DNA from: Octopus vulgaris | Lineage: Eukaryota | DNA: 64,000 bases | Assembly (NCBI GenBank): GCA_951406725.2 | Contig: OX597821.1 | Span: 101,370,001-101,434,000 of the forward strand | Reading direction: 5' to 3' | Shown here: piece after piece, positions 51,717 to 64,000 of the stretch | Layout: each line of letters starts with the position of its first letter | Numbering within the stretch: position 1 is the stretch's first letter | Made by a program: the position numbers and the translations under genes | Notes under the pieces: generated by a model | Seen by the model: the letters and a program-made list of their open reading frames with translations, nothing else | The model's database searches: none | Told to the model about the DNA's origin: nothing

Positions 51717-53762
51717 TTTGTACAGAGGAAGATTCATCTCTCATTTTCCACTAAATAATACAGAAACTGCAATGAAATGCCAGCCACGTAGAAGGATTGA
51801 CTTTTTTTGCTTGTTTGTTATTGTATTTATAATGATTGTATGTAGGTTATTATAGGTAATCAATTTGTTTCTTTACAACTTATACTTAAGAGTTGAGAAT
51901 TTAGAAAGCATTTAAGTAAGGCTATTGGAAATAACTCTATCGAAGTACATAAATCAATGATAGCCTTAATGTTGTTCAATAAGTAATCAATTTGAAGTAA
52001 GCTAATTAACTATTTATTAGTAATTGCTATGGTCAATTCACATTATACGTTTAAGTTGTAGTCAGTTGTCCAGGCTGACCAGTTCTATGAACTATGCCAC
52101 AACTACTTGATATACACAACATTGGGTCAATAACCATTAGACTTGTAGTGTGGTTAACAAATAAAGTTGAGGATCTAGTTTTTTATTGATATCATTTGGG
52201 ATTATTGTTTGTTAGCTTTTTTTTTTTGTTTCTTGGGGATTTTTTTTCTTATCCATCTAGTAATTTAATCCTACAACCATTAACTAGATCCTGTACCTAT
52301 ATTTTCTCAGCAAATATTATCATTAATTGAAATTATACGGTCAACAGGGCCTGCTGTGTAGTCTACATTAGAATAATATTTTCATAATTGTAACCAAAAC
52401 ATATCACTGAAATCAATATTGGCATGTCTATAATTATACTTGAAGGCTGTATATAAAAATGTCAGACTTTTACATATTACAGCCTGGTTTCCATTGAGGA
52501 AATGACTGCAAACCTAATCTTGCCATGGCAAATTAAAGTATAGCATCTGCTCTTTTACACTGGTATTATGAACGCTTCCTGTGTGATCTGGGATAATTAG
52601 CAACATTCCATTAATATTACAGGATCAGGGATAAAGATAAAAGGAGTATAATTTTTCACTTGTGTATTCAAATCTGCTTGTTATCAGGCATTGGTAAAGT
52701 TCTCCATATCAGGAATCTTAACATAGCTTAATTGATTAAATATCGGATTTCTGAACAGTATATTCCAATTCAATCTTATTCATTTTTCTTATTATGTTGC
52801 TTCACATGTGGAAACATACATGTGAATGCACAAGTAAATGGGCCTCTCAGTAATCTCAACAATAATTATTGCAGTTGTTTGAGCAATAAAACTCCTCCTC
52901 AGTTGTATTACAATATTAGTGGCTGACTATTCCGCAAACACTTATACTATTTAACGTAACCTGTAGGTAGAATCAGTGTATGACAAAGCCAAACCTTTGA
53001 ATTATAAATACAGTCATCTTGTAGATTTCCATAGTTTCCACCAACCCAATTTTACTCCCAAACCTCTAGTAGAAGGTGTGTATCCAAAGTGCACATAGTG
53101 GAATAACTTGAATTCAGAACCTCATAAATGACCAGTGAATTTCTAAATTGACTGGTACTATATATACACATACACACACGCATGCACATACACACACACA
53201 CACACGCATGCTCACACACACACATACACGCACGTGCATATACACACACACACACACGTGCACATATACACACACACACACACACACAGGTTGCTGATGG
53301 TATGCATTCACATGATGGCTGTCTCAGGAAAACATGAAACTGTGTTTTTTTATTTTTTAAGATATATTTGTTAAATTTGGGTCAGTTTGTCTTCATTGAT
53401 ATGTTTCGTTGATTTCACTCAATGACCCTAACTATGGCCTCAATGACAACCACCAGGCAACCTCAGATTGATGATCATGGGTTTTTTTCTCTGCTGTCAC
53501 ACTGCAGTCAAATCCCAAATCTTCCAGCTCCTTTCTGAACTTTTCCACCATCCTTCTGCTAACATTGAGGGAATCTGAAATTTCTTTGTTTGTTCTTGTG
53601 GCACAGATTCCATGGAGGACTCCATGCCTCTTCTACAAATTGGGAGGTTCAGAAGTTTCCATAGTCAGTTAGTCTACCAAAAAATATGCGTAAAATTAGC
53701 AGTTGAAAATTGCAAACAAATACACCCACACCCTGTATGTGTGTGTGTGTATATATATATAT

Positions 53763-53943
53763 ATAAGGAGAATTCACATAACAACAAAAGACAGGTGGTG
53801 TAGACAACAAACAGACGTATTAGTATAACGCTCGGGAAGGGAAAAAGTCTTTAACGTTTTGAGCCTACATTCTTCCACAGAAAGAAACAAGGAGAGAAAA
53901 TAAAGAATGTGTAGTGGCTAGCGACCTATCATGGTGAATGCCG
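53763..53943 (-). mobile_element. Second copy of the 21101-21262 repeat
   Basis: Direct sequence similarity. Confidence 0.6.
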
Positions 53944-54677
53944 ATATATAATGGCTGTCCAGATGAGTATGACCATCACTGACAATGTTTGCAATGCCTG
54001 TGCAAGGGTTCTAAGTCAAGTGTGGCTTGCACTACACCACAACAGTTCTCACTAGCAATACCAAGAATCCCAGACACAAGCAAAGTGGGAAATATCTGAC
54101 TTAGTAGAACAGTGGGCTTTATATATGAGTTAGCCTTCTCCTTAAGGGATGCTTGGACAAAGACCAGGGTCCATTCCCAGTGGGTTTACTGCACTCTCGG
54201 ACACCAACCTGAGTATTTCTACATCTTAACACATATACATGTGTTGTATGTATATATATGTATGTGTATACACACACACACTCACGCTCACCCTTCTCTC
54301 TCCATATATGCATAGTCTAAAATAAATGTTTTATTGCTGGATACTTACTTTTTTTACTTAGAAAAATTTCTAACTTGAAATAATAATAATGATGATGAAA
54401 TTATTGTGCATAGTGCTCAGGTGCACTACAACTCATCAAAGGTGGATGTACATAGAATTATGTACAAAAGTCAGGAAAGTGAACAGTGTATGACTCATGA
54501 TATACATGTGTGCATGCATATGGAGTGGGGGATATCGGGTGTTAGTGTTGGTGAATTTCAGGAAGCATGGACGTTTTGAAGGATGCAATGGCCTGGCAGC
54601 TAACAACAGATGTAGGTAGTTTAGTGTGAATAGTTCCAATTTCCATATGGTAGACCACATAACTTATTTAATGTGCC

Positions 54678-55130
54678 TTAACCCTTTAGCACTTAAACTG
54701 GCCATATCTGACCCAAATTTACTACTTGTTTCATGTTCAAATCAGATTCTAAAAATAAATAATCACATCATCAAAATTTGGAAGCTATGAGGTAATGCAT
54801 GATTAATTCAAAACAATGTGAAAAAAACAAGCATTACATTTGGCAGAGTAATTTGAATGCCAAACAGTTAAATAAAAGGTAGACCAAAATGTTTTGGATC
54901 AGCTTAACCCTTTAGCATTCAGATTTCTCTGTCAAATGTTCTGCTTATTTATTCACATTGTTTTGAATTATTCATGTTATCTCACAGCTTTGAGATTTCG
55001 ATGATGAATTGTTTTATTTTTAGAATGACATTGTAGGGTAGGTGTGAGAGGCAGAATCTGGATGGTTTGAACATAAAAACAGGTGGAGTATTTGGGAAAG
55101 ATATGACCGATTTAAATGCTAAAGGGTTAA
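54678..55130. mobile_element. Two adjacent piggyBac-type MITEs of one family in opposite orientation (54678-54871, 54904-55130)
   Basis: TTAACCCTTTAGCA ... TGCTAAAGGGTTAA termini; internal sequences are reverse complements. Confidence 0.8.
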
Positions 55131-55499
55131 ACATTGTAATCTTAGGGACCAGTAACCCAACAAATTAGTCAATCAACAGCCAAGCAATGTTTCATTTTTT
55201 GCTGAGACACAGATTTTATTTGTTACTCTTGTTGTTAACAATGCCATACACCAGTTATTGACTCATTGGAAACCAGTAACCTGTGATGCTGCAGCTCACA
55301 GATTGCTATATCAAATAGATAAAACTGTGCAAACTAACATAGAACTAGTTGAAAATTCCTTGGAATATTAGAATGTTTTAATTACTAATTTAGAAATGAT
55401 AAAACATAATTATTATTACTTTTGAGGACATAAAAACAATAATGCTAATGATAATAGCGGTGGTGTGGTGTTGGCAGTGGTTGTGGCAGCTGTACCGTT

Positions 55500-55612
55500 A
55501 CCACCACCATCATCATCATCCTCGTTGTTGTCATCATCATTATTGTCGTCATCATCATTGTCGTCATCATTGTCATCATCATTATCATTATCATCATCGT
55601 CGTCGTCGTCGT
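55500..55612. repeat. (ATC)n/(GTC)n trinucleotide microsatellite
   Basis: Seen directly; source of the poly-D, poly-H and poly-M ORFs. Confidence 0.92.
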
Positions 55613-56519
55613 ATTTGCCACCACTTTTACTTTGAGTTTCATTTGATTGATTAAATGGCTTCAATACGATGTAGAATTGATAATAATGTAATATCTAACT
55701 CAATAAAGATTAAAGTCATTCGAAAGAATCTTTTATTTTTTTTTTTTTACTTTTTTTGTTTTTTATGTTTTTCAATTTATTCTTAAATGTGTTGTAAAGA
55801 AAACAAAAACAGAATCTCCATTATCTAGACTTTTCTGAACACAATGTTCAATTAGACCTTTGTTCTTTGTTCATTTTTCCATCTTAATATCGTTGATGGA
55901 TTGTTTCTCAAATGATGTTCCTACTTCAACCGTGGCAGTTCTAACATTGCACATCATTCGTTTTTGCCTCACTCAACATCAACATTGCCTTTCACCAAGA
56001 TCAATAACAAATATACTAACAATCCATGCTATCCCACAAACCTCGTTTCTCAAATAATAGTTACATGCATCAAGGAGAAAAGTATATTTCCAGAACTGCT
56101 TCATAGTTATTTAATTTGGAAGTCTTTTGCTTAATTCAATGTTTCGCAAGATGCATTTTCTCAAGAAGACATTGTTTTATTAAACAAAAAATAATCAAGA
56201 CTCAGTCAAAAGTAGATTATTTGTATTCTAGTTCTCTTGAAAATACTGTAAATTCTGATTTGTTTATTTATCTGCTTACATAAAATAGTTTTTAGATTAC
56301 CTTTATTCACTTTGTTGTTAATAAGCTTGGATCTATTCATTTTTATCAAATAGAATGGAATATCTGATATCTGATGTTGATAAGGTTTTGATATTTTTAT
56401 TTGTGACTTTGAATTATAATTTCTTTACGATAATATCTTAATATCAATTTTCGTAAATTTGAAACCTGGATGAATTATCACAAACACAACAGGTCTGTCT
56501 TCAATAATGATTACATATA

Positions 56520-56735
56520 TTAACCTTTTTGTTACCATATATCTATTGAAATACAATAGATTTGTTTCAACTAATTCTGAAAATAATGAAGTCAGTAAAA
56601 TAGCTTTGTTCTTATTAAGCTAGTGTTGCAACATAAATTAACTGGAAATTTTGGTGGAAGATTTTAATTTAGAACAGGAAATGTGTTATCATAGAACCAG
56701 GAGTGATTTCAGGCATTTTGTATCAAGAGGGTTAA
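56520..56735. mobile_element. piggyBac-type MITE, second family
   Basis: TTAACCTTTTTG...CAAGAGGGTTAA; related reverse copy at 61157-61385. Confidence 0.65.
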
Positions 56736-58390
56736 TGGTATTTCAACTCTATATCTTTTAAATAAATTCAAAATATCTACATGACACCAGAATCAGAAAG
56801 GGAAGCCTTGATTAACGTATCTTGTGATAAGTTGTGTTGTTTTCAAACAAATTGTTCTGATTCAAGTATAAAGTTTCAAGAAAATAAAACACATTCATAG
56901 GAATGATTACTTCTTGTTGGCCCTTTCTGACTACTATTTGGTGCTGGCATGGTTATATGGTTACAGAGTGGCATGGTTTGGAGCTCTGTCATACTGCATA
57001 GCACCTTGGGCAAGTGTCTTCTATTATAACCTCAGGTTAACTGATAACTTGTGAATGAAATTGGTTGATAGAAACTCTGAAGATGCCTGTGGTGTATGTG
57101 TGTAATTACCATTAAAAGCCATTACCAAGTTTTGATTAAATGCTCTTCTATTTCTTTGTGTTATTCTGAGAGTACATACAATGTCAAAGCAAAAGGAACA
57201 CAAACAAGCACACAAGTTTCTTTCATTTTCCATCTACCAAACCCACTCACAAGGTTTTTGTTGACTCAGAACTATAGTAAAAGACACTTGCCAAAGGCAC
57301 CACATGCAATGAGACTGAATTTGAAACTATATAGTTGGGAAGGAATGTTTTTAAGCCAGATTTGACTAATAAAATATTGAACAAAATCTAGGGCTTGTTC
57401 AGACATCTGCAGAATTGAATTCTGCTAAATGAATAAAGGTAGAATTAGAGTGCACTTTTGAAATTGCAGTCTTGTGATAAAAGTTTCATATAGTTTTAAT
57501 AATGATTCATAGTATTACTAGGGCCTTGAAAGAGTTAATATTTGATGGCATTGGAAACAGATAACTATAAAGGTGTTAAATGACTTTTATGTGCAGTTTT
57601 CCTAATGTAAAAATAGTGAGTGTATGGTTGACGGCAACATCAGTTTTGGATTGTAATCAAAAGTGTGATTGTCTCTCATTTGCTTGAAACTCATTCCCAC
57701 CTTTACTCTGCTCCTCCCCTGCTCCATCAGCTATTATTTTTATTGAAATCAACACCTCTTTCCATACTTCTTTTGTATACACTAATGTTGATCTCTTGGA
57801 ACATATGCCTTCACTAATTTAGATTTCTTGTATCTCTCAAAGAATATGTGTCTGCCTGTCATGTCTCTGTAGGAGATAACACACACACACACTCACACAC
57901 ACACACACACACACATACACATACACACATAAGTTCCCCTTTTTAGCACTTTCCAGTAAACAATGTTAGGTATTCCAGTTATTTATACATAATTACATCT
58001 TGTACGTGCTCCAGGTGTTAAAGTCATTTTTTTTTTTACTGCATTTTCTCTCTGCTTTAAACATAATTATCATAGATTCTGAAGAAAAGCAAAAGTAATA
58101 GCAAGTTATAATAACTACTATATAATCTATACAGGCGATAAAATCTTAACACTTTTATGACATTTACCAAGAGCAATGACTTCATAAGGGATGGTTATTC
58201 AATCTAGGAGGGAAAACAGATTCCATTTGCTTGAAAATATATTGTACTATATATATATATATAATCAGAAAATATATCACACATGCCTGTCATCATCAAC
58301 TTCATCCTCATTACAACAACAACAACAACAACAACAACAATAATAATAATAATAATAATAGTTATATTTCTTCCTTCTATATTTTTGTAA

Positions 58391-59560
58391 TTTTTTGTTT
58401 CTGTCAGTGCCAACATTCACAAACTAAGGAGTGTTGCACAGCTGGAGTGAGCAGAAGGTAAAATAATTAATGAATTTAACTATCCAACATTTTTTTCTCT
58501 CCAGACTCCACAGCTAACTCTAAAGAACTGCCAGTAGCCAATGGCTTTGTGTTGTAAGATAATCCAAATACTAATATATAGAAATATATAGTAAACAATT
58601 GTAAACATTATCCTTAATATTCTTTCCTTATCTAGCAGCAAAATGGGAGAGTTACAGATTTATTCTATCTTGTTTCACTTTCATATAAACAATGGTGTTT
58701 TTTCTTTTTTTGTTGTTGTTGTTGCTTTAATTTGTTTTGATGGCTTTTTTACATTTTCATCTTTTCCTTCCTATTTTTTATGCCTCCCCTCTGAAAGAAT
58801 CCCAACCTAGTGCATAGCCATAAACCATGAGTGTTAGCATATCAGAAATGGTTATATCAGATCAATACAGTTTCTGTCAGGAAGTGGAGCAAACCTTAGC
58901 TGAGTGTTTATATTGAAGTTCCTCTTGCCCTATATCTTCATCCAATCACTGTGAACCATCTAACCATTTGCTAAAATCCATCAACAAAATCTCTCTCCTC
59001 TCTCTCATTTATTTTCTTTTTTGTGATATTGTCAGATATTAGAGGCAGGTGAATTATCAGAGCCTTATTCAGGACACAGTGCTGCAGTTTGGCTGGAGTA
59101 TTATTCAAACTGAACAATAATACACAACTGGTTTTTAACCATGTTATTTCACTCTATGAATAAAGAAAAATGATCTGTGATGGAGCTTTCCATTCTCAAA
59201 CAACAAATAAACCATGACTTTTCACAAAAATGACCAGAACATTGGCCATTGTTTCACCTATTGTTTATATGAAAGTGAAACAAGATAGAATAAATCTGTA
59301 ACTCTCCCATTTTGTTGCTAGATAAGGAAAGAATATTAAGGATAATGTTTACAATTGTTTACTATATATTTCTATATATTAGTATCTGGATTATCTTACA
59401 ACACAAAGCCATTGGCTACTGGCAGTTCTTTAGAATTAGCTGTGGAGTCTGGAGAGAAAAAAATGTTGGATAGTTAAATTCATTAATTATTTTACCTTCT
59501 GCTCACTCCAGCTGTGCAACACTCCATAGTATGTGGGAGATGGCACTGACAAACAAAAAA
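58391..59560. repeat. Near-perfect long inverted repeat (core arms 58428-58693 and 59260-59525)
   Basis: 266-bp cores differ at 3 positions; the outer 37 bp or so is more diverged; spacer about 565 bp. Confidence 0.97.
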
Positions 59561-59914
59561 ATGTGCTATAAAGTAATAATTTTACTATTGCTAATTACAC
59601 AGAAGCACATGGACAGTGATTATAATATTAAATGAAAATCAAACCTCACTATTGTGAAGGTAGCATTGATCTGTTTGAGCATTTGATCTGGTTGATAGGA
59701 GGAACATACATAAGTCAAATCAATCTATATTCACACTGTATGTCTGTTGAAATGATTTCTGTAAAAATTTATACTTTGCTAAATTTTAATGGCAAACAAT
59801 AATATTGTTTCTATTATTTTACATGCACACACCACAAGTGATCTGTTGAAAATCCTTTAAATTTTAAGAAGACGATTTTCTGCAGAAATTCTCTCTTAGT
59901 TCTTTATTGCCTAC

Positions 59915-60120
59915 AGGGAGCTAAACATAGAGGGGACAAACAAGGACAGACAAAGGGATTAAGTTGATTACATTGACCCTAGTGCATAACTGGTATTTAT
60001 TTAATGGACCCCAAAAGGATGAAAGGCATAGCCGACCTCAGCAGAATTTGAACTCAGAACATAACAGCAGATGAAATACCACTAAGCATTTCAGCAGGTG
60101 TGCTAACAATTCTGCCAGAT
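59915..60120 (-). mobile_element. SINE family E
   Basis: Reverse complement of the 2882-3090 type (aaaggatgaaaggc...gaatttgaactcagaac). Confidence 0.8.
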
Positions 60121-60369
60121 CTCTAACTTGTTCTCATTTGTGCAGATTTGATATCAGCAAACTTACAACACTACCTTTGAGAAAGGTACAAGAACATATA
60201 AACCTCTTCAATTAAGTTTACTGAAATCTGGAATCAGCATCCTTACATCCTCAAGGGGGTTTGATGATTAGTACAAAGCCTGTATATTTTAAAACTGAAT
60301 TCATTTCATCGTTTGACTCAAACCTACAAGTACTACAATTTCATGAGATGTTAAACAGAGAAGCAAGCA

Positions 60370-60690
60370 GGGAGCAGAAGGGGGAGGCTTATAAAAGGTC
60401 TGCACTTGAAACTTATAGGTTTTTACAGTTTGCCACTAAACAAGAAGAAGGTCAGGAATCCATTGCTGCAGCACTTGTTAAGAAGGCAACAGTATATAAT
60501 GGAGTGCACACAGATCATGCATCACATTTGCACCATGGAAGTGACCATGACAAAGTAAAGAAGATAGAACATAAACATGTTTAGTCACTTGATGATTGAT
60601 TAGACGAATACCCACAATCAACATTGAAGAATCTTTGTAAATACTTACAGTCAAAATATGGACTGGCTGTGTCCAAACAAACTAACCAGT
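60370..60690 (+). pseudogene. Decayed Tc1/IS630-like transposase N-terminal HTH region
   Basis: Reading through stops in the 60261 ORF frame: ESIAAALVKKATVYNGV...KKIEHKHV*SLDD*LDEYPQSTLKNLCKYLQSKYGLAVSKQT, resembling tandem HTH domains. Confidence 0.5.
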
Positions 60691-61156
60691 GAAAGAATGG
60701 TTTCATTAAAACCAATACATTTAAAGCCAGAGTAATTTTGTTTTGTTTTTCCAAAATAAGTGATTCCCCCATAAACTCATGAAAGATGTTTTGATATTTG
60801 TTTGAAAATATGTTTTCAGTCAAAATTAAACTATAATTTATTATTCAATAGTCATAGGGTATTTGATTTAATGGTATTACTAATTAGTAAACTATTAATT
60901 TTTTTCAGGGTTATTTTAATTTGTACCTGAATTTGCATAGTTCTTTAGTGAAGAAAGCTCTCAGATGTTTCTTAATTAGACAAGTATAATGGCTGGGGAT
61001 TTTGCCCTATATTGCTAGTTTCATTACTTTTGTTTCTGCACCCATAGCTCCATCATGATCCTGTGGTTTCCTGGCATCATTTAGTCTTGTGATTCCACAC
61101 TGACCTCTCTTGACCCATGATATGCTAGTTGTATATCAGAAGTTACCATTACTATT

Positions 61157-61385
61157 TTAACCCTTTTTATACTTGCTCACCCCAGATCAGTCCTAGTTTT
61201 ATGATATAAGACTGTATATTTTAAAACAGTTATATTAAAACCTTCGATCATAATTTGACATAAGAATTTTTTGTTGTGTTACAAAGTTACCTATTCTACT
61301 AAGCTCTTTCAAATTCTTTATTTTCAAAATCAACTAAAACCTAGAACAGTGTATTTCTTTAGAAATATGGTCATGGAAGGGTTAA
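61157..61385. mobile_element. piggyBac-type MITE (reverse relative of 56520-56735)
   Basis: TTAACCCTTT ... GAAGGGTTAA termini. Confidence 0.6.
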
Positions 61386-61525
61386 ACAGATAATTAAAAT
61401 GAAATTCTCGTTTTACATTCTTTATCTTTACTGCCAATATTGTCTTTTCCTTGATGCTTTTATTTGTTATCTAATCAAAATCTTATTCAAATAAATTTTT
61501 TCATATTTGTCTTTTTCTTTTACAG

Positions 61526-61656
61526 TCAGATGAAGTTTACTTAGAAGCACAGATCCAAAATATTACCCCAGGTCCAATATTCATGGACCATGTCAGTTTA
61601 GAGCCATCAGTTTCTTATTCAGTCACCAAAATGAATGACATAGATGAGGATGATAA
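61526..61656 (+). CDS. TRAPPC13: TRAPPC13 internal coding exon ([43 protein letters not shown]+AA)
   Basis: Acceptor ctttttcttttacAG, donor GTAAGT; 131 nt, in frame with the 40207-40251 exon. Matches DEV(F/Y)LEAQIQN...M..VSLEPS. Confidence 0.96.
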
Positions 61657-61984
61657 GTAAGTAGACCACAAATAATCCTCTTGTAGCTTTTTTTTTCAGA
61701 TATGTAAGTAATGCACTTTGTAATATATTTTGTACTGGCTTCAAGTTTCCTGGTTAATGCAGTAAGTCATAAAGAGTCTTGGGAGTAATTTTATAACTGA
61801 TAAAACCCTCAACTCTGGATTTCAAAGTATATAATGATAAATCCTTGTAGATTTCATGCAATTATATATTTTTTACATGTAATGTATCTGTGTGTTTGAT
61901 TTAGGCTTGTATTCTGCTATTAGTAATGCTTCCATAGTCATATATATATATATATATATATATATTTGTCTGTCTGTCTATCTA

Positions 61985-62390
61985 TGACTGTGTTAAGAAG
62001 TTTGCTTCTCAACCACATAGTTATGGCTTTAATCCCAATGTGTGGCATCTTGGGCAAATGTCTTCTACTATAACCTCAAGTCAATCAAAGCCTTGTGAGT
62101 AGATTTCGTCGATGGAAACTGAAAGAAGCCTATAGTATATATGTATTATGTGTGTGTGTGCACTCACGTACGCTACTGTCTCCTTGCCTTGACATTATGC
62201 GATGTCTCATGCAAGTGGGGGAATATTCATTTCCAATCTTCCATCAAAACATGTCTGGTCATTGGAAATATAACCTTACCTGGAAACAGGTGAGAGTTAG
62301 TGACAGGAAGGGCATCCAACAAAAGAAAATCCATCTCAGAAACTACCATCCAACTCATACAAGCATAGAAAAGAGGACATTAAAACATTG
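61985..62390 (+). mobile_element. Composite SINE family D
   Basis: Same head, body and tail order as 27220-27655. Confidence 0.7.
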
Positions 62391-62400
62391 CTGCTGCTGT

Positions 62401-62436
<36 letters not shown>

Positions 62437-62439
<3 letters not shown>

Positions 62440-62655
62440 GAGGTACTGAAAAGTTCTTAGCTTTAAAAGTATCACAAAAAAACCTTGTTGGAGGCCCAAC
62501 CATCCAAGTTTTTTTAAAGGGCTTAGAAAAACTGAAGGATCACTGCAATATGTGTGTGAATCTGAGAGAGGAATATGTTGAATAAAATCATAATTAACTG
62601 ATCCGCTTGTATTTTCTTTTAGTCAAAGCCAGGAAATTTCGGCACCCCCTCATGT
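62437..62655 (+). mobile_element. Mariner-derived MITE
   Basis: Imperfect TIRs catgaggtactgaaaagttcttagcttt / aaagccaggaaatttcggcaccccctcatg. Internal KGLEKLKDHCNMCVNLREEYVE* resembles the mariner transposase C-terminus. Confidence 0.75.
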
Positions 62656-62658
62656 GTA

Positions 62659-62935
62659 TCATCATCATCGTCATCATCGTTTAACGTCTGTTTTCCGCGC
62701 TAGCACGGGTTGGATGGTTCGACCGGGGTCTGGGAAGCCAGGGGCTGCACCAGGCTCCAGTCTGATCTGGCAGTGTTTCTACAGCTGGATGCCCTTCCTA
62801 ACGCCAACCACTCCGCGGGTGTAGTGGGTGCTTTTTACGTGCCACCAGCACAGGTGCCAGGGGAGTCTGGCATCGGCCATGATCGGTTGGTGCTTTTAAC
62901 GTGCCACCGGCACGGAAGCCAGTCAAGGCGGCGCT
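62659..62935 (-). mobile_element. Young family C retroposon
   Basis: CpG-rich reverse complement of 3841-4030 and 17375-17692. Confidence 0.87.
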
Positions 62936-62999
62936 GGAAGTATATGTGAATGTGGGTTTTGGTATACTGCATTTTTGTTCATAGCAGTAAAGAGAGTAG

Positions 63000-63520
63000 T
63001 CATAACTTTTATATGCCATATCACACTGGTATGGTTGAAGTTAGGCAGATGCCCATTAGAAAATATGTGCAAGGAGAGAGTTGCAGAGGGTTTCATTTCT
63101 GGGAAGAGCGGTTTGGATAAAGTGTCTGTTTGAGGTTTTGTGGTTAGAGACAGTTACAAATAACAAAAAGAGGAAATGGTTGATAAACAGAGTGAGCTTC
63201 GGTGGTGCTGATACACACAGCCTGCTAGTTCAGAAAATTGGAGAAACCATTGTAGTAATGATAGATGAAGAAGAGAAGTGGGGGGTGTTTTGAGTGCTTT
63301 GGTGTGCAAGTGGTTGTAATATGCGAATGAATGCTTGTCATTCAGTTGGATGGCATTTTTTCTTTTTGTGTTATCTACGATGTTTATGTGTGTAGCAGCT
63401 GTTCCTTCCCAGGCATGAGACAGTACTCTAGCGTTGGCTGCACTTGTACATTCTATAGAGAGTCAGCAGCAGCTCAGATATGAAGTAATTTCTGGCATGA
63501 AGATGTAGATTTTGGCTTTG
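63000..63520 (-). mobile_element. Decayed LINE ORF2 3' fragment
   Basis: Minus strand, with frameshifts: NYFISELLLTLY..QVQPTLEYC.HAWEGTAATHINIVD...LQPLAH (LY...VRP.LEY motif). Confidence 0.7.
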
Positions 63521-63771
63521 TTATATAGATATAGAGATAGATAATGGAAGCAGGTGTGGGTATGTAGTTTACAAAATTTACTCCACTATCAAAAGGATCT
63601 GGGTTCAATCTCACTATATTGAACTTCAGACAAATGTCTTCTGTCAAAACTTCAGTTTGAGCAATACCTTGTGATTAGAATTTAGTGGATGTAAACTCCA
63701 AGGAAACCTATCATGAATGTATGTATGTGAACACATATCATTTGCTAAAAGATGTAAATCTCAGCAAGAAA

Positions 63772-63861
63772 ACTGAAAAACTCTTGCTTTGTGAAATGTG
63801 TCCTTTGCAATACTTATTCTACACTGAGTTGCAGGCACTCCCTTATCACCTTTACAGTGAA
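63772..63861 (+). pseudogene. Decayed single C2H2 zinc finger
   Basis: TEKLLL-CEMC-PLQYLFYTELQA-L-PYHL-Y. C-x2-C-x12 spacing with aromatic at +4 and Leu at +10. Both expected His codons are one substitution from CAC (CTC, TAC). Confidence 0.4.
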
Positions 63862-64000
63862 ACAGCAATTGATGCATTAGAAACCTGTAACTAACACTTG
63901 TTCACTAATTACAATATATATGTATATATAATATATCATCATCCTCATTTAACATCCATTCTCCATACTGGCATGGGTTCGGTGGTTTGACTGGAACTGG

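Noticed and set aside
55860-56060. Minus-strand EKRGLW motif suggesting a transposase
   Set aside because: A single short motif among many stops; not enough to call.
58490-58560. Exon after the strong acceptor ttttttctctccAG (58504)
   Set aside because: In-frame TAG and a weak donor context; no support beyond the motif.

Overview
AT-rich, microsatellite- and SINE-dense eukaryotic DNA. The repeat landscape looks like a coleoid cephalopod, most likely Octopus (inference). The only intact gene I can support is the middle of TRAPPC13 on the + strand: four GT-AG exons (23392-23522, 38847-38919, 40207-40251, 61526-61656) that splice in frame to [10 protein letters not shown]...[18 protein letters not shown]...[35 protein letters not shown].... 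The gene's start and end lie outside the window, so the rest is very probably TRAPPC13 intron. The introns hold several tRNA-derived and (GAT)n-tailed SINE families (letters A-E are my own labels), decayed LINEs, a mariner relic, and piggyBac-, hAT- and mariner-type MITEs. Almost all ORFs in the supplied track are microsatellite or repeat artefacts. Most notable: (1) a full-consensus minimal type-I hammerhead ribozyme on the - strand (3333-3409) inside a small element with inverted ends, plus hammerhead-like variants in a second repeat; (2) two long non-SINE inverted repeats in the 21-kb intron (a 266-bp core with 3 mismatches; about 170 bp at about 92%), one covering a candidate in-frame 39-nt exon; (3) chimeric and modular SINEs, and a CR1-type fragment inserted at the homologous WNKLP motif of another; (4) decayed C2H2 zinc-finger fragments and a 63-bp tandem array. 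Everything was read by eye and no searches were run.
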